Part shown: piece after piece, positions 38,619 to 48,569 of the stretch | How positions within the stretch are numbered: the first letter of the stretch is position 1 | Layout: every line of letters starts with the position of its first letter | The notes under the pieces: model-generated | The model's database searches: none | Told to the model about the DNA's origin: nothing | What the model saw: only the letters and a program-made list of their open reading frames with translations | Program-made: the position numbers and the translations under genes | Assembly: GCA_035704085.1 (NCBI GenBank) | Contig: DASSXG010000032.1 | Span: 32,748 to 96,747 of the forward strand | Source: Candidatus Acidiferrum sp. | GTDB lineage: Bacteria; Acidobacteriota; Terriglobia; Acidiferrales; UBA7541 | DNA: 64,000 bases | Reading direction: 5' to 3'

Positions 38619-39719
38619 CTTTTCCTGGCGGTCGGTTGCGGCGCTCCCGGAGAGCCCACGCCTCCCACTCCTCCAGTGCCCGCTCCGGTTTCAGATTTGG
38701 CTGCCCACCAGGCCGGTGACGGCGCGCAACTTGTTTTCACGCTTCCGTCGATTTCCGTTACCGGCGACAAACTTGCCGCTCCTCCTGCTGTCGAAATTCT
38801 GCGCGGCAATCTCAAAACCGGCGGTTCTCCCGACACGAAATCCTTTCGCGTTGTCTACACCATTCCTGGCGTTCTCGTGGACAACTACCGATTCGGGAGC
38901 CACATCGTGTTCACGGATCCTATTGCGCCGGCGGAGACCAAAGCGCATCCCGGCGCAAGCGTCACGTACCTGATTCGAACGCGCGCATCCCGGAAACGCG
39001 CTTCCGCCGATTCGAATGTTGTATCGGTCCGCGTCTTTCCCGTTCCCGAGCCGATCTCCTCCCTCGAAGCCCGCGTCACCGAATCCGCGATCGAGCTGAA
39101 CTGGCCCGCCCCAACGCACACTTCCTCCGGCGACCCTCTTTCTTCCGTGGGCGGCTACCATATCTATCGCAATGAAATTAACGCCGCCGCTGCCTCTTCT
39201 TCACCTGGCGTAAATCTCGCCGGCGAGGCGGAAACGAATCCGGTGCCGCTCGGTTCTTCGCAGACCAACAGCTACAGCGATACGTCCTTCCTGTTTGACC
39301 ACGCGTACATTTACGTTGTTCGAAGCGTGATTCAGGCTGACGGGACTTTGCTGGAATCTTCAGACTCTCAACCGCTCAGAGTCGCTCCGCGGGACACTTT
39401 TCCTCCTGCTGCGCCCCAAAATCTTGTTGCTGTGTCACCCCATTGTGTTGCGGACGCGGCCAAGTTGTACGTAGAGCTTTCGTGGTCCATGAATCTTGAA
39501 ACTGATTTGGCAGCCTATCGCGTCTATAGGAATGATGAGGAAGGCAAACAGGGTCAGCTTCTCCAATCCTTTTGGATTGGGCCGTCATATCGTGATAATG
39601 CTGTGGCGTCCGAGCACCGTTACTGGTATACCGTGACGGCGCTGGATCGGGCCGGCAATGAGAGTTCCGCGAGTGCGCCTGTTCTTGTGTTTGTGCAAGC
39701 CGAGCAGTGCCAGCAATAA
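38529..39719 (+). CDS. Fibronectin type III domain lipoprotein
   Basis: Lipobox LAVGC then GAPGEPTPP; FN3 motifs LNWPAP..GYHIYR, DTFPPAAP, LSW...YRVYR, YTVTALDRAGNES. Confidence 0.8.
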   Translation: METRNSCKLRKHDGRPRSLFNFGFRVSLFVLFLAVGCGAPGEPTPPTPPVPAPVSDLAAHQAGDGAQLVFTLPSISVTGDKLAAPPAVEILRGNLKTGGSPDTKSFRVVYTIPGVLVDNYRFGSHIVFTDPIAPAETKAHPGASVTYLIRTRASRKRASADSNVVSVRVFPVPEPISSLEARVTESAIELNWPAPTHTSSGDPLSSVGGYHIYRNEINAAAASSSPGVNLAGEAETNPVPLGSSQTNSYSDTSFLFDHAYIYVVRSVIQADGTLLESSDSQPLRVAPRDTFPPAAPQNLVAVSPHCVADAAKLYVELSWSMNLETDLAAYRVYRNDEEGKQGQLLQSFWIGPSYRDNAVASEHRYWYTVTALDRAGNESSASAPVLVFVQAEQCQQ

Positions 39720-39840
39720 GTGGGCGAGCTTTTGTTCTTGGCAGGGTTTAGGACAAAGCCGTTGTGACGGTGCCGGTTGCGCAACTATCGCTGCTGATCT
39801 GGGTTAAAGGATCGTTCGCTTCTTGGGAGCCCAGCATAGG

Positions 39841-40299
39841 ATGGCGATCAACGTCCATCTGCCAGGATTCCGTTGGTTCCACGTGTTCCGCAACGCGGCC
39901 GTCCGCACTGGTGTTTATGCCGGTGTGTTCCTGAGTTTGATCTTTACGGTCTGGCTCGTTCTTGCCAATCGTGTTCCAACGCTGGAGCACTTCGCGTTGG
40001 AAAGGAACATCGCCGCCGCTGCGGCACTCTGCCTCTTCGCAGCCGTTCCCATTCTTCGATTCGTGCGCTGGCCTGGCCATCTACTGGCGTCCGGCCTCGT
40101 CGCTTGGCTCATTTTCACCGCGAGCTACGGAATGCTCTGCCTGATCTTCTCCGGGCTGAGTGATAAGCTCAGTACTTTCCATGTTTTCATGCTCGGTGCC
40201 GTCGTGTATATGATCATCACTACGATTTGCTGGCTTGGTTCGGTTATTTGGAGAGCCCGCGAATCTCATGCTTCTCATCCGCACCATCCATCGAGCTGA
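39841..40299 (+). CDS. Hypothetical four-TM membrane protein
   Basis: Four hydrophobic segments; lies between the FN3 and FAH genes on the same strand. Confidence 0.65.
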   Translation: MAINVHLPGFRWFHVFRNAAVRTGVYAGVFLSLIFTVWLVLANRVPTLEHFALERNIAAAAALCLFAAVPILRFVRWPGHLLASGLVAWLIFTASYGMLCLIFSGLSDKLSTFHVFMLGAVVYMIITTICWLGSVIWRARESHASHPHHPSS

Positions 40300-40305
40300 C
40301 CGTCT

Positions 40306-41094
40306 ATGAAGATTTGCCGCTGCGTGACCCGCGATGCCTCTTCCTCCACATCTGCTTCACCGCACTATGGGCTTATCGAACATGACAAGGTCATCGAGAT
40401 CTCCGGTCCGCCCTGGGGCCCATGGTCTCGCGGCTCACGCTCTCTGCCATTCGCTGAAATCCGGCTTCTCGCTCCGGTTGAGCCTTCCAAAATCGTCTGC
40501 ATCGGCCGCAATTACGCCGCTCACGCTGCAGAACTCGGCAACGAGGTGCCGAAAGAGCCGCTCCTGTTTCTCAAGCCTCCTTCTTCCATCATCGGCCCGG
40601 ATGAGCCGATCATCCTGCCAAAGTATTCCCAGCGCGTGGAACACGAAGGCGAACTGGCCATCATCATCGGACGCCGCTGCTCGCATTTGCGGGACACGGA
40701 CGACCCGTTTCCCTTCGTCGCCGCCTACACCTGCCTCAATGACGTCACCGCGCGCGATCTCCAGCTCAGCGACGTGCAGTTTACCCGCGCCAAGGGATTC
40801 GATACGTTTTGCGCCGTCGGCCCGCACCTGGAAACCGATCTCCATGCGTCCAACGTTCTAGTAGAGACTTATGTCAACGGCGCGCGCCGCCAAACTGGCA
40901 ACACCTCTTTGATGGTCTATCCGCCGGCATTCCTCATTCGCTGGATCTCCCGGATGATGACGCTGGTCCCAGGCGATGTTATCGCTACGGGAACTCCCGC
41001 GGGCGTCGGTCCACTCGTTGCCGGCGACACGGTTGAGGTCTCCGTGGCTGGTGTTGGCGTGTTGCGCAACCCGGTGATTGCCCCGCAAGGCTAG
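40306..41094 (+). CDS. Fumarylacetoacetate hydrolase family protein
   Basis: PSKIVCIGRNY, FLKPPSS, HEGELA, NDVTARD, AKGFDTF, PGDVIATGTPAGVG. Confidence 0.92.
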   Translation: MKICRCVTRDASSSTSASPHYGLIEHDKVIEISGPPWGPWSRGSRSLPFAEIRLLAPVEPSKIVCIGRNYAAHAAELGNEVPKEPLLFLKPPSSIIGPDEPIILPKYSQRVEHEGELAIIIGRRCSHLRDTDDPFPFVAAYTCLNDVTARDLQLSDVQFTRAKGFDTFCAVGPHLETDLHASNVLVETYVNGARRQTGNTSLMVYPPAFLIRWISRMMTLVPGDVIATGTPAGVGPLVAGDTVEVSVAGVGVLRNPVIAPQG

Positions 41095-41234
41095 GTTCAC
41101 GCGAAACTCCGCGATTCGGTAGAATACCCAGCAGTGGGGAGCCAGCAGGTGAAGGAATTCCGTTCGCCCCGGCCTGAACTCGTTCTCTGACGCACTGTTT
41201 CGATAGCTCCCACAATTGAGCTTAGGGAGTCCGC

Positions 41235-41690
41235 TTGTTGAAAGAATTATTCGCTGATTGGAAGCTTGCCGTGGCCATGGTGGGCGCGGTAATCGCTGCT
41301 CTGGCCATGATCGCCTATGCCTTCTTTCGTCCTCCCGTGGATTCCGAAGAAGAAGAGCGCAAGCGCCGCCTTCATCTAAATCAGATTGGCCGCATCGCCG
41401 AAGGCCAGGTCCTCGACCTCGTTGAACATCCTCCGGAGGCGAAGGAGGCTCGCAAAGGTTTGTTTGGCGCGGCTGCGCGCCCGCTGGCGGATCTGCGCCC
41501 GCGGTATTTAGTTTCCTATACTTACGGGATCTCCGGGGTCACCTACAGCACCGCCCAGGACATCACCGGCCTCGAAAGCCAGATTCGCCTGGAACGCGTG
41601 GTTCCCGGCCAGCCTGCCAGCATCAAGTACGATCCCGCCAATCCCCTCGATTCGATCCTGGTCGCCGACGACTGGTCGGGTTTACGCTAA
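41235..41690 (+). CDS. Membrane-anchored hypothetical protein (DUF3592-like)
   Basis: RBS GGGAG; N-terminal TM; GRIAEG.V, VSYTY...GVTY, IKYDPANP..S. Confidence 0.65.
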   Translation: MLKELFADWKLAVAMVGAVIAALAMIAYAFFRPPVDSEEEERKRRLHLNQIGRIAEGQVLDLVEHPPEAKEARKGLFGAAARPLADLRPRYLVSYTYGISGVTYSTAQDITGLESQIRLERVVPGQPASIKYDPANPLDSILVADDWSGLR

Positions 41691-41829
41691 GCGACAAACG
41701 GTTTAAGCTGAGCCGCCAAGGTCTCATCTTGAATCCGCTGTCAAAAGGAGCAGATCCCCCACGTTCTGATTTCCTTCCGATTGCGCTATGCTTCTCCTTG
41801 CCGCGCCCGCGCGGTCACAACCTGCTCCT

Positions 41830-42084
41830 ATGAAAATGTTCATCGCTTCCATCCTGACTACTGTCCTCATCGTGGCGATGACTCTCGCCGCTATGTTCAT
41901 TCTCGTGCAGGCGACTGAATACGTGACCTCGCTCGATGCTCCCCTTGATCGGGCCGCCGCCATGGGTGCGGAGATCGTCCTCGGTGTCGTCCTTCTTCTC
42001 GGCACGGTCTGGCTCGCCACGCATCTCGCCGTGCGCATCTTCTCTAAGACCGAAACCCCTTCCGAGGGAGGCCCCGTTGTCTGA
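41830..42084 (+). CDS. Small two-TM membrane protein
   Basis: 84 aa, two hydrophobic helices; 3' end carries the RBS of the next gene and overlaps its start. Confidence 0.55.
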   Translation: MKMFIASILTTVLIVAMTLAAMFILVQATEYVTSLDAPLDRAAAMGAEIVLGVVLLLGTVWLATHLAVRIFSKTETPSEGGPVV

Positions 42085-43666
42085 GCCAAAACGCATCTTG
42101 TCTTCCGAAGCAAAACACCGCGATCGCATGGACGAGCTCCACCGCATCTCCGCGGAAGCGGAAGCCGGCGGCGGCCCCGAACGCCGCGAGCGCGAACACC
42201 AAACCGGCAAGCTCACCGCGCGCGAGCGCATTCATCTCTTGTTGGATGAAGGCACCTTCGAGGAACTCGACAAGTTTGTGCGCCACCGCTGCGTCGATTT
42301 CGGCATGCAGGACCAACGCCCCGCGGGCGACGGCTTCGTCACTGGCTTTGGCCGTATCGAAGGCCGCCTGGTTTACGTTTTTGCTCAGGACTTCACCGTT
42401 TTTGGCGGCTCGCTCTCGGAAGCCAACGCCCAGAAAATCTGCAAGATCATGGACCTCGCCATGCGTGGCGGTGCGCCTGTCATCGGCCTGAACGATTCCG
42501 GCGGAGCACGGATTCAGGAAGGCGTCGCCTCGCTTGCCGGTTACGCGGATATTTTCTTGCGCAACACCCTGGCCAGCGGCGTCATTCCCCAGATCAGCGC
42601 CATCATGGGTCCTTGTGCCGGTGGTGCCGTCTACTCGCCTGCCATCACCGATTTTATTTTCATGACCCGCGAAACTTCCTACATGTTCGTCACCGGCCCC
42701 GACGTCATCAAAACTGTTACGCACGAAGAAGTCACCAAGCAGGAGCTTGGCGGCGCCATGACGCACAACGAAAAAAGCGGCGTTGCCCATTTCGTTTCGC
42801 GCGACGATGTCGATTGCCTGGCCATGATCCGCGAACTGATGAGTTTTCTGCCCTCGAACAATTTCGAAGATCCTCCGCGCCGCGCGACATCCGACACGCC
42901 CTGGCGGCGTGATGAATCGCTCAACACCCTGGTCCCTCCCGATCCCCAGAAACCCTATGACATCAAGGACGCCATTCACCTCATCATGGACGACGGCTAC
43001 TTCTTCGAAGTCCACGAGCACTACGCGAAAAACCTCGTCGTCGGCTTCGCGCGACTGGACGGCCGTCCCGTCGGCATCGTCGGTAATCAGCCCGCCTTTC
43101 TCGCCGGCGTCCTCGATATCAACGCTTCCGTCAAAGGCGCGCGCTTCGTCCGCTTCTGCGACGCCTTCAATATTCCGCTGATCACGTTCGAGGACGTTCC
43201 CGGCTTCCTCCCCGGTACGCAGCAGGAATTTGGCGGCATCATCAAGCACGGCGCGAAACTTCTCTTCGCGTTTGCCGAAGCCATCGTCCCGAAAATCACC
43301 GTCATCACCCGCAAAGCGTACGGCGGCGCGTACTGCGTCATGGCCTCCAAGCACATCCGAACCGACGCCAACTTCGCCTGGCCCACCGCGGAAATCGCGG
43401 TCATGGGCCCCGAAGGCGCTGTCGACATTGTTTACAAACGAGAATTGGCGAAGGCTCCCGAATCCGAGCGCGATAAACTCCGCCAGGAAAAAATCGCAGA
43501 ATTCCGCGAGCGTTTTGCAAATCCCTTCGTCGCCGCCGAGCGCGGCTACATCGATGCCGTCATCGAGCCTGCCGACACCCGCGCCCACATCATCACCGCT
43601 CTCCGCGCCCTTGAAAACAAGCGTGACACCAACCCCAAGAAAAAACACGGCAACATCCCGCTATAG
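42077..43666 (+). CDS. pccB: Acyl-CoA carboxylase carboxyltransferase subunit (propionyl-CoA carboxylase beta type)
   Basis: RBS GAGGGAGG + TTG; [55 protein letters not shown]. Confidence 0.88.
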   Translation: MSEPKRILSSEAKHRDRMDELHRISAEAEAGGGPERREREHQTGKLTARERIHLLLDEGTFEELDKFVRHRCVDFGMQDQRPAGDGFVTGFGRIEGRLVYVFAQDFTVFGGSLSEANAQKICKIMDLAMRGGAPVIGLNDSGGARIQEGVASLAGYADIFLRNTLASGVIPQISAIMGPCAGGAVYSPAITDFIFMTRETSYMFVTGPDVIKTVTHEEVTKQELGGAMTHNEKSGVAHFVSRDDVDCLAMIRELMSFLPSNNFEDPPRRATSDTPWRRDESLNTLVPPDPQKPYDIKDAIHLIMDDGYFFEVHEHYAKNLVVGFARLDGRPVGIVGNQPAFLAGVLDINASVKGARFVRFCDAFNIPLITFEDVPGFLPGTQQEFGGIIKHGAKLLFAFAEAIVPKITVITRKAYGGAYCVMASKHIRTDANFAWPTAEIAVMGPEGAVDIVYKRELAKAPESERDKLRQEKIAEFRERFANPFVAAERGYIDAVIEPADTRAHIITALRALENKRDTNPKKKHGNIPL

Positions 43667-43685
43667 TGAGCCGATCGGCGTTCAG

Positions 43686-44099
43686 TTATTCGGGGAGGAG
43701 ACGGAAGGGTTTCTTGCGCGCGGTTCGGTAGACCAAAAAATCCCGCCGGGCCAGAGTGAAAATTGTTTCGATATTCTCCCGGTGGGCTAGATAGACCAGA
43801 GTTGCGTCGGCGAACTGCGGCCTTAAACTCGCATACTGTTCCAGGATTTCGGAGACTTTTCCTGCCTCTGCCCCGGAAAACGAGGGCATTTCCAGAATGC
43901 CTTCCTGGATGCTATCCAAGAGTTGCTTGAATGCTCGGGGAGCATCACGCATCAGCCAAGCAGCCTCTGTGATGACTGGCCAGCAAGTAAGCAAGGGGCT
44001 TGTCAACTCCTTCCACACAGAAACGCACAGTTCGTGATTGCGGTCGCTTGGAGACAAAATGGCCACCAACGGGCCGGTATCCGCGAGCACATACCTCAT
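43686..44099 (-). CDS. vapC: PIN-domain toxin
   Basis: VLADTGPL, VITEA, FADA; ATGA overlap with the antitoxin; the usual final Asp motif reads TLARRDF. Confidence 0.82.
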   Translation of the reverse strand: MRYVLADTGPLVAILSPSDRNHELCVSVWKELTSPLLTCWPVITEAAWLMRDAPRAFKQLLDSIQEGILEMPSFSGAEAGKVSEILEQYASLRPQFADATLVYLAHRENIETIFTLARRDFLVYRTARKKPFRLLPE

Positions 44100-44350
44100 C
44101 GCGATCTGCCAAAACCTTTGAAGTACTTCTTGTTGGTGCTTAGGTCTCTTGGCAATCCCTTCGCGCAGCCAATCAATCCGGTTTCTACGGCACGCTCGTA
44201 TGCCGTTTTTTCACTGTCGCTCTTGGAAAGGTACTCCTCGATCGCGTCGCGCACGACCTCCGATTCCTTCACACCAGTTTTCCGAGAGCGCTCTTTTAGT
44301 CGCTGGACAATCCTTCCTGACACGCGTACCGATATTCTTGCTGACGTCAT
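44096..44350 (-). CDS. Ribbon-helix-helix (CopG-like) antitoxin
   Basis: RISVRV...SEVVRDAIEEYL; C-terminal DLSTNKKYFKGFG; RBS GGGAGG. Confidence 0.82.
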   Translation of the reverse strand: MTSARISVRVSGRIVQRLKERSRKTGVKESEVVRDAIEEYLSKSDSEKTAYERAVETGLIGCAKGLPRDLSTNKKYFKGFGRSR

Positions 44351-44367
44351 TTCTGCCTCCCGTTACA

Positions 44368-44399
44368 CTGTCAGACAGCATACTATGTTTGTCTGACAG
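44368..44399 (-). promoter_or_regulatory. Palindromic operator over the TA promoter
   Basis: CTGTCAGACA-N12-TGTCTGACAG; a TATGCT -10-like box on the minus strand lies within it. Confidence 0.7.
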
Positions 44400-44413
44400 A
44401 TGGAAAGCCGGTT

Positions 44414-46357
44414 TCACTTTAGGAGATAATCCTGCAAGAACTTCACTGTTGCGTAGAACTGAAAATCCTGATTTGGCTTCTTGCGGTAGCCGTGGCCTTC
44501 GTCGTTGGCGATCAGCAGCCATACTGGCGTTCCCTGCTTCTTCAACGCGTCGGCGATTTGCTGTGACTCGCTCACCGGAACACGCGGATCGTTTTTCCCG
44601 GCGATTACGAACATCGGCTTCTTGATTTTCTCGATGTTGTTCATCGGCGCGATCTTTTCCATATACTCGCGCATCTTCGGGTCGCGCTCGTCGCCGTATT
44701 CCACCCGCCGCAAATCCCGCCGGTAAGCTTCCGTGTGTTCGAGGAACGTCACCAGGTTCGACATGCCCACGATATCCACTGAGCAGCGAATCCGGTCGCT
44801 GTAAAATGTCGAGACCGCCAGCATCATGTGCCCGCCGTAACTGCCGCCTGTCACCGCGATACGATCGGCGCCGAGCCCCGGCTGCGTCGCGACCCAGTCG
44901 AATAGAGCGTTGATATCTTTGTAAGTGTCGTCGCGCTTGAACCCGTTGTCCAACAGCGAAAACGTTTTTCCGTAGCCCGTCGACCCGCGCACGTTCGGAT
45001 AAAACAGCGCGATGCCCAGCTCATTTAGATAATAGTTGTTCCGTCCCAGGAAGTTCGGCTGCGATTGCCCCTCCGGCCCGCCATGGATTACGACCAGTAT
45101 TGGCCGCTTCCCGATAAACTTCGCTGGCGGCTTGTACAGGAAACCTGAAATCATTTTTCCGTCGAAACTCTTCCAATGAATCAGTTCAGCCTGCGGAAAC
45201 GACTCAGTCTTCACCGCCGTCTCGCTGGTCGTCCAGCGCTCGGCTTTTCCAGTCTGCACGTCTAGTGAGTAACAGTCCCCAGGCCCTCGCGAATTGTTCA
45301 GGGAGAAGCCAAGCTCAAAGCCATTTTTGTGCCAGCGCAATCCGTTCAGTACTCCCGCAGGCAGCCGCGGCAGCGGCATTTCTTTTCCGTTGGTCGTATC
45401 CCTCACGTGCAAGACGCTCAAGCCCTCTTCGTTGGTCACAAAGGCGAGAAATTTTCCATCGTTTGCAAGGTCAAACGTCTGCACGTCCCAGTGAATCGAT
45501 GTAGTCAGATACGTCGGTTGTTTGGTCTCCAGATCGATGTGCGCCAAGCGGTGAAACTCGGAATCCTTGTCCGTCGTGACATAAATTCCCTTGCCGTCTT
45601 TGCTGAACCGCGCTTCCCCATAGGACACTTTCTCGGCCGCATTTCGCGGCGTCAGAGGCGTCTTCTCGCCGGTTGCCGTGTCCACCAGCCACAAGTAGGA
45701 CTCATTGATCGAGAGCTCTTCCAGCAGCAAAATCTTCTTATCGTCCGGCGACCAATCTTCGGGCTGCCACCCTCCGCCTGTCAGTTTCGTCACCAAGTGA
45801 TCCGTCTTAGGTTCGGCAGGATTCATCACCCACAAATCCGTGTCTTTCCCCGTACGCCGCGTGGACATGTACGCGATCTGATTTCCGCTCGACGACCACG
45901 GTCCTATCAGGTTCCGCGCCTTGCCATCCGTCAGCAGCGCCACCTCGCCCGTCTTCATGTCGTAGCGGTATAGCTGATACCACTCTCCTCCCCCCACATC
46001 TTTCGAGAAAACGATGTAGTCCCCGCCGTTGGGATGAAACTTTCCATTCGTCACCGCATCCGGATAGAACGTCAATTGCTGCCGCGCCCCTGCTGGTATT
46101 TTTACGAGATGAAGCTGTGGCGTCTCCGCAAATCGCGTGGAGATCAGCATCTCGCGCTTCGTTGGATGCCAGTCCGAGAGATTCGCGCTTCGATACGATC
46201 CGTATTGTCCAGCCATTTCCGCGAGGAACGCTGGAATCTTCGGCACGCCCTCGACCACGAGATTTTCCCCCGCCGTGACGTAGCCCTCCTGGGCACGCAA
46301 CGGCGTCGCTGCAGCCAAGGATAGCGCCACCAAAATCAGGATCAGTTTGACCCGCAT
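44414..46357 (-). CDS. Exported S9 family peptidase (beta-propeller + prolyl oligopeptidase domain)
   Basis: Signal peptide; IHGGPE, PNVRGSTGYG, GGSYGG, GKNDPRVP, DEGHG. Confidence 0.92.
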   Translation of the reverse strand: MRVKLILILVALSLAAATPLRAQEGYVTAGENLVVEGVPKIPAFLAEMAGQYGSYRSANLSDWHPTKREMLISTRFAETPQLHLVKIPAGARQQLTFYPDAVTNGKFHPNGGDYIVFSKDVGGGEWYQLYRYDMKTGEVALLTDGKARNLIGPWSSSGNQIAYMSTRRTGKDTDLWVMNPAEPKTDHLVTKLTGGGWQPEDWSPDDKKILLLEELSINESYLWLVDTATGEKTPLTPRNAAEKVSYGEARFSKDGKGIYVTTDKDSEFHRLAHIDLETKQPTYLTTSIHWDVQTFDLANDGKFLAFVTNEEGLSVLHVRDTTNGKEMPLPRLPAGVLNGLRWHKNGFELGFSLNNSRGPGDCYSLDVQTGKAERWTTSETAVKTESFPQAELIHWKSFDGKMISGFLYKPPAKFIGKRPILVVIHGGPEGQSQPNFLGRNNYYLNELGIALFYPNVRGSTGYGKTFSLLDNGFKRDDTYKDINALFDWVATQPGLGADRIAVTGGSYGGHMMLAVSTFYSDRIRCSVDIVGMSNLVTFLEHTEAYRRDLRRVEYGDERDPKMREYMEKIAPMNNIEKIKKPMFVIAGKNDPRVPVSESQQIADALKKQGTPVWLLIANDEGHGYRKKPNQDFQFYATVKFLQDYLLK

Positions 46358-46485
46358 TGGTCTTCCCCCGCCTCGTGAACTTACCGGAACTCTACTACAT
46401 CGCGGACGATTGGACACGCAAGCTATACTGCAATCCACCTCTGCGTATCTCGCATGCTAGAATTTCGCTGCATCTCGTTAGATTT

Positions 46486-48015
46486 ATGTTCAAGAAAATC
46501 CTGATTGCCAATCGTGGCGAAATCGCCGTACGCATCCTGCGCGCCTGCCGCGAACTCGGCATTCGTTCCGTGGCCGTCTTCAGCGACGTGGACCGCAAAT
46601 CGCTTCACGTCCGCCTCGCCGACGAAGCCTATCCCATCGGTCCCGCGCCTTCCCGCGAGAGTTACCTCCGCATCGACAAATTGATGGACGTCGCCCGCCG
46701 TACCGGTTGCGACGCTGTGCATCCCGGCTACGGCTTTCTTGCGGAAAATGCCGCGCTGCCTCGCGCCTGCACAGAGGCAGGTCTCATTTTCATCGGACCG
46801 CCCGCCGACGCCATGGAATCCCTGGGCTCCAAGACTTCCGGCCGCCAGCTCGCGCGCCGCTCGGACGTGCCCATCGTTCCGGGCACCAACGCCCCCATCG
46901 AAAATATCCGCGATGCCCAAGCCCTGGCGCACAGCATGGGCTATCCCGTATTGCTCAAAGCCGTCGCAGGCGGCGGTGGCAAGGGCATGCGCCTCGTTTA
47001 TAGCGAAGCTGAGTTCGAATCCGGCTTCCGCGACGCTGCTTCCGAAGCGATGAATGCGTTCGGCGATGACCGCCTCTACTTTGAAAAATATCTCGATCGC
47101 CCGCATCACGTAGAAATCCAGATTTTCGCCGACGCCCATGGCCGCGTTGTCTCGCTCGGCGAACGGGAATGTTCCGTCCAGCGCCGCCACCAAAAAGTCA
47201 TCGAGGAAGCGCCTTCTCCCATTGTTACGCCGGACCTGCGGAAAAAAATGGGTGACGCCGCCGTGCGTCTTGCGCGTGCCGGCGGCTACGTCAATGCCGG
47301 CACGGTCGAATTCCTAGTCGACCAGAATCTTAATTTTTATTTTCTGGAAGTGAACACGCGCCTTCAGGTGGAGCACCCCGTCACCGAACAGGTCACCGGC
47401 CTAGATCTCGTCAAACTCCAAATCGCCATCGCCGCCGGCCACCGCTTGCCTTTTGCCTGGGAATCCATTACCCCACGCGGGCACGCCATGGAAGTTCGCT
47501 TGTACGCCGAGGATCCCGAAAACAATTTCTTTCCTTCACCGGGAAAGATTCTCTCGCGCCACGCTCCCACCGGCCCCGGCATTCGTCTCGACGAGGGCGT
47601 CTATGAAGGCTGGACCGTTCCGACCGATTACGACCCGCTCCTCAGCAAGCTCATCGGGTGGGGCAATAGTCGCGAAGAAACGATCGCACGCCTTCGCCGC
47701 GCCCTCGAGGAATACACCATCACCGGCATCAAGACGAACGCCGCGCTCTTTCGACGCATTCTTTCCGAACCCGATTTTCTTCGGGGTGAAATCCATACCA
47801 GATGGCTCGACGAATTGCTCCACCGGCCAAGTCCCGCTGCGAGCCCGGAAGCCGATGCGAAGGTAATCGGAGCTGCCGACGCCGCGGCGATTGCGGCCGC
47901 GATCTGGCACGCCACTCAGAACTCCGCGCATGCTGTTGCTGCATCGCCCGCCGACAGTGCGTTCTCTCGCTGGAAGCTCGAGGGGCGCCGCGAGCAACTG
48001 GACCGCATGCCATGA
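46486..48015 (+). CDS. accC: Biotin carboxylase
   Basis: KILIANRGEIA, HPGYGFLAEN, GGGGKGMR, RECSVQRRHQK, EVNTRLQVEH. Confidence 0.93.
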   Translation: MFKKILIANRGEIAVRILRACRELGIRSVAVFSDVDRKSLHVRLADEAYPIGPAPSRESYLRIDKLMDVARRTGCDAVHPGYGFLAENAALPRACTEAGLIFIGPPADAMESLGSKTSGRQLARRSDVPIVPGTNAPIENIRDAQALAHSMGYPVLLKAVAGGGGKGMRLVYSEAEFESGFRDAASEAMNAFGDDRLYFEKYLDRPHHVEIQIFADAHGRVVSLGERECSVQRRHQKVIEEAPSPIVTPDLRKKMGDAAVRLARAGGYVNAGTVEFLVDQNLNFYFLEVNTRLQVEHPVTEQVTGLDLVKLQIAIAAGHRLPFAWESITPRGHAMEVRLYAEDPENNFFPSPGKILSRHAPTGPGIRLDEGVYEGWTVPTDYDPLLSKLIGWGNSREETIARLRRALEEYTITGIKTNAALFRRILSEPDFLRGEIHTRWLDELLHRPSPAASPEADAKVIGAADAAAIAAAIWHATQNSAHAVAASPADSAFSRWKLEGRREQLDRMP

Positions 48016-48524
48016 AATACGAGATTCGACTCTCTGGCGCGTCCGCCAAACAAACCCGAAATGTCGAACTTGAGCGCGATGGGAGCGGCTGGCGCGTCAC
48101 GCTCGATAGGAAGCCAATCTCTGCCGATGCCACCGAGATTGCGCCGCACGTGCTCTCGATTTTGCTGGACGGCCAATCCCACGAAATCCACTTGACGCCT
48201 TCCGCGGACGGCACTCTGAAACTTCAGATAGGGGAGCAGGAGTTCACCGCAGAAGTCACCGATCCCCGCGCTTGGAGCGGCCGTCGTCACGGCAGCGTCG
48301 AAGCCGAAGGCCGCCAGCAGATCGTCGCGCCCATGCCCGGCAAAGTCGTGTGTCTGCTTGCGAAGCCCGGCGACCATGTCGAAGCGGGCCAGGGCCTGCT
48401 TGTTGTCGAAGCCATGAAAATGCAAAATGAAATCCGCTCGCCCAAGAGCGGCACCGTCGAGCGCATTCTCGCCCAGGAAGGCCAGCCCGTCAACGCTGGC
48501 GACATCCTCGCCTGGGTGGACTAA
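48012..48524 (+). CDS. Biotin carboxyl carrier protein
   Basis: APMPGKV, EAMKMQNE biotinylation motif; ATGA overlap with accC. Confidence 0.92.
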   Translation: MKYEIRLSGASAKQTRNVELERDGSGWRVTLDRKPISADATEIAPHVLSILLDGQSHEIHLTPSADGTLKLQIGEQEFTAEVTDPRAWSGRRHGSVEAEGRQQIVAPMPGKVVCLLAKPGDHVEAGQGLLVVEAMKMQNEIRSPKSGTVERILAQEGQPVNAGDILAWVD

Positions 48525-48569
48525 TTTCTTTCAAACATGATTTTGGATGGTGGAGCTGTTCGCGAAACC

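Noticed and set aside
42044-43648. 534-aa antisense ORF and similar long antisense ORFs elsewhere (8513-9547, 36272-37273, 48831-49658)
   Set aside because: They overlap well-supported genes on the other strand and have no motifs; expected from GC-rich codon bias.
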